Shown here: positions 26,314 to 28,453 of the stretch, one piece after another | Layout: every line of letters begins with the position of its first letter | How positions within the stretch are numbered: position 1 is the first letter of the stretch | UHGV virus genome: UHGV-0259231 | Strand: one strand, 5' to 3' | DNA length: 28,453 bases | DNA from: a virus | Translations under genes and position numbers: made by a program | Notes under the pieces: model-generated | Databases searched by the model: none | What the model was told of the DNA's origin: nothing | The model's input: only the letters and a program-made list of their open reading frames with translations

Positions 26314-26986
26314 CACTTTGCTTTGAAAATGCCGTCTTTTGTTTTGAACGTGTTCTCATTACAAACAATAAAGCCTCACTATCCAGTCGGTGAAAAATGT
26401 GTTTCATTGCAACCCAGTGACGAGTAAATGTTTTGGACCAGTTTTTAGTTGTCACTCCCGCCAGTAATGCCAGCTCCTGGTATTCATAACCTTCCCCACC
26501 AAAAAGTTCTGCTTTTACTGCCTGCGCCGCCAGCCAGATTAATTTTTTCAGGCGTTCCTGCGTTTTCCCTGCAATTTTTCTGGTACCGGATTGAGTATTA
26601 AATTCATTCCACGCCCACTGTGTTATCGCGATCTGATATTCCCAACAAATACTCCCGCTGTAACACCACAACAACCAGGCTTTATGATGTTCTTCAAGAG
26701 ACAGAACAGCCCGCCGCCACGATGATGTCGAAAACTCAACCGGACTGACCAGAGGAATTGACGTCCCCTTCGCCAGCGATTGCTTTCCCGGGATTGGTGG
26801 ATTATCCCGCGTTATCATTTTTCCAGTCACTTCATCGCGGTACCGGATTTTTTTTCGCCTGTAACGCCCTGTATCGAACATGGCATTCTCTTGCCAGGCT
26901 TCAAGCTGACCTTTTGTTGCCCCACTCAAATCAGCGGTGGCGATAATGAGCTGCTCACGCACAAACTGTAAATACTGGTTATTCAT
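26297..26986 (-). CDS. Q: Late-gene antitermination protein Q (QuuQ / phage 21-82 type)
   Basis: 229 aa, immediately upstream of PR'/tR', the tRNAs and the lysis cassette. ATG at 26986 overlaps the rusA stop (ATGA). Family is inferred from synteny and general resemblance, not a confirmed match. Confidence 0.7.
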   Translation of the reverse strand: MNNQYLQFVREQLIIATADLSGATKGQLEAWQENAMFDTGRYRRKKIRYRDEVTGKMITRDNPPIPGKQSLAKGTSIPLVSPVEFSTSSWRRAVLSLEEHHKAWLLWCYSGSICWEYQIAITQWAWNEFNTQSGTRKIAGKTQERLKKLIWLAAQAVKAELFGGEGYEYQELALLAGVTTKNWSKTFTRHWVAMKHIFHRLDSEALLFVMRTRSKQKTAFSKQSVAKVD

Positions 26987-27348
26987 GCGCACTCCAGTTC
27001 TGTGATTTTTATCCCCAGCCGCCCACCAGGAACGAGCTGACCGCGCACAATATTGATTTCATCTAACTGCTCGTCGTCTATAAGCAGTCCGGCATGCGTC
27101 AGCGCATCCAGTGGTGCCTTCAGGATATTGTCCAGGTCGCGGCGGCGCTTATCCGGTGGCTCTGCAATAATCTTTATCGCCAGCCTTCCGGACAGGCTTA
27201 ATTTCAGCCGCTGCTGGCGAACAATTAGCGCCACATCACGGCGATAACGCTTTCCGGCTTCCGAGATGAAATACGTATTGCCATGACGTCGCCAGTAGGT
27301 ATTCACCGTCGGCGGGTAAGGCAAAACAAATTCTATGCGTTCAGTCAT
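26983..27348 (-). CDS. rusA: Holliday junction resolvase RusA
   Basis: 121 aa; …LPYPPTVNTYWR… and …DKRRRDLDNILKAPLDALTHAGLLIDDEQL… resemble RusA (YPP…N.Y and D.RRRDLDN motifs). Start abuts the upstream stop (TGAATG). Confidence 0.85.
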   Translation of the reverse strand: MTERIEFVLPYPPTVNTYWRRHGNTYFISEAGKRYRRDVALIVRQQRLKLSLSGRLAIKIIAEPPDKRRRDLDNILKAPLDALTHAGLLIDDEQLDEINIVRGQLVPGGRLGIKITELECA

Positions 27349-28404
27349 TCATGCTTTCCACTTCAGGACACCCGAATTTCTCGCGTGCATTAAAAAACGA
27401 ATCAGCAACAACAGCTGGCTGCCGTGTTTTTCTTCAAAATCTTTTACCCCGGCGTGCAGTTCGTTATGACATTTACGGCACAGCGGAATAACAAACAAAT
27501 CATCAGCCTTTGTTCCCATCCCTCCCAGTCCATGACCAATGATGTGATGCGGATCATCTGCCTGATTACCGCACGTCATGCATTTCTGCGTTTTTACCCA
27601 ACGCGTGTATACAGGCATCTCTTCCTGTTGTGGTTTCTGGCGCTGGAGATACTGAGCCGGTGACTCCGGATCAACGGCAATGCTGACCACCGTCTTTTCC
27701 TGTGGCGGGTTTTGCTGGTGGGCATGAGGCAACGGCGCAAGATTTTTTGTGCGCTGCTTCAGTATGCTGGTGGCGGTCTGCTCTCCCGGTACGATGTCGC
27801 TTTCGCGGTACAAGGAGCGGATTTTTTCCGCACGTAACCCCAGAGAACGACGTAATACTGCCTCCGGAAGCGCGTCCGCCACCTGATTGCAGACCGCCCA
27901 CCAGGATAATTCAGCCAGCGACAATTCCCGCTCCTGCGTGCCATTCATTGCATGGCGTATGACGTCAATCATCCATGCTGACAGGTTTTGATGAGCAAGT
28001 TGCCCGAGTGATTCGGATGTCTGGTCACGCAACTGGTTGTCGCAGTGCCAGCACAACACCATCGCGCCGGTACCGTAACGATGTATGACGATTTCACTGT
28101 GATGATAGTCACCATGAGGCCACTGGCAGGATTTGACATGACGCAACAGCCAGTCAGACAGTGCCCCAGCGCCGCCAGCAGCACGAATCACCCGCTCATC
28201 GCTGAAAAATGGCAGTAATGATTTATCCTCCGCCAGCGGCTGGCGAACGGCAGGGACGACTCCGGACGGCAGACCGCGCATGCTTTTCGGTTCAGGCTCC
28301 ACCAGCACTCGAGGGTTATGAAATACTTGCATGGATTCACGGCCCGGCCTAAGGACCACCAGCCCGAGTTCCGGTACCAGAACAGGTCGAAGTAATATCC
28401 GCAC
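27349..28404 (-). CDS. DUF968-family protein (YdfU-like) with C-terminal Cys/His HNH-like motif
   Basis: 351 aa; the C-terminus carries CMTCG…HHIIGHGLGGMGTKADDLFVIPLCRKCHNELH. GTG start at 28404 with a GGAGG Shine-Dalgarno (alternative ATG at 28332). Typical nin-region gene next to rusA. Confidence 0.65.
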   Translation of the reverse strand: MRILLRPVLVPELGLVVLRPGRESMQVFHNPRVLVEPEPKSMRGLPSGVVPAVRQPLAEDKSLLPFFSDERVIRAAGGAGALSDWLLRHVKSCQWPHGDYHHSEIVIHRYGTGAMVLCWHCDNQLRDQTSESLGQLAHQNLSAWMIDVIRHAMNGTQERELSLAELSWWAVCNQVADALPEAVLRRSLGLRAEKIRSLYRESDIVPGEQTATSILKQRTKNLAPLPHAHQQNPPQEKTVVSIAVDPESPAQYLQRQKPQQEEMPVYTRWVKTQKCMTCGNQADDPHHIIGHGLGGMGTKADDLFVIPLCRKCHNELHAGVKDFEEKHGSQLLLLIRFLMHARNSGVLKWKA

Positions 28405-28405
28405 G

Positions 28406-28453
28406 TTACCTCCAGATCCGTTGCTGGTATGTGCGGGATGGGCGCGGTGGGCG
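28406..28453 (-). CDS. 3' end of an upstream nin-region gene (partial, runs off the window)
   Basis: Open minus-strand frame ending …QQRIWR-TAA at 28408..28406, 1 nt upstream of the next start. Too short to identify. Confidence 0.25.
   Translation of the reverse strand, partial: RPPRPSRTYQQRIWR

Overview
The window is almost entirely one lambdoid prophage arm, with every gene on the minus strand, running from the nin/late-regulatory region at the right edge to an attR junction at the left. Order, right to left: a DUF968-like protein, RusA and antiterminator Q; a late promoter/terminator pair (PR'/tR'-like); four tightly packed tRNA genes; a phage-21-type lysis cassette (S21-like pinholin, a YdfR-like small ORF, SAR endolysin, Rz with embedded Rz1); HNH endonuclease, a putative cos region, small and large terminase; an HK97-type head module (portal, protease, major capsid) and head-tail joining genes; a lambda-type tail module (major tail protein, G/G-T chaperone with an A-AAA-AAG slippery site, tape measure H, M, L, K, I, J); the lom moron; and a side tail fibre Stf with Ala/Ser-rich tandem repeats. 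Beyond Stf lies a visibly AT-rich module encoding a small acidic protein and a second fibre-like protein with a C-terminal intramolecular-chaperone domain, then a small membrane protein, and finally a 62-nt 3' fragment of a tRNA-Ser(CGA) gene marking attR, with about 570 bp of presumed host flank. I found no integrase, repressor, toxin, CRISPR or recognisable multi-gene defence system. The most unusual features are a highly structured non-coding slot between the tRNAs and the holin (where stx sits in Stx phages), a tRNA with a non-canonical anticodon loop, several small uncharacterised ORFs at moron positions, and the low-GC tail-fibre module. All homology calls come from reading the translations and from remembered family signatures; no database search was run. 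Many ORF-track first residues are GTG/TTG codons, so several starts were re-assigned by inspecting the sequence.
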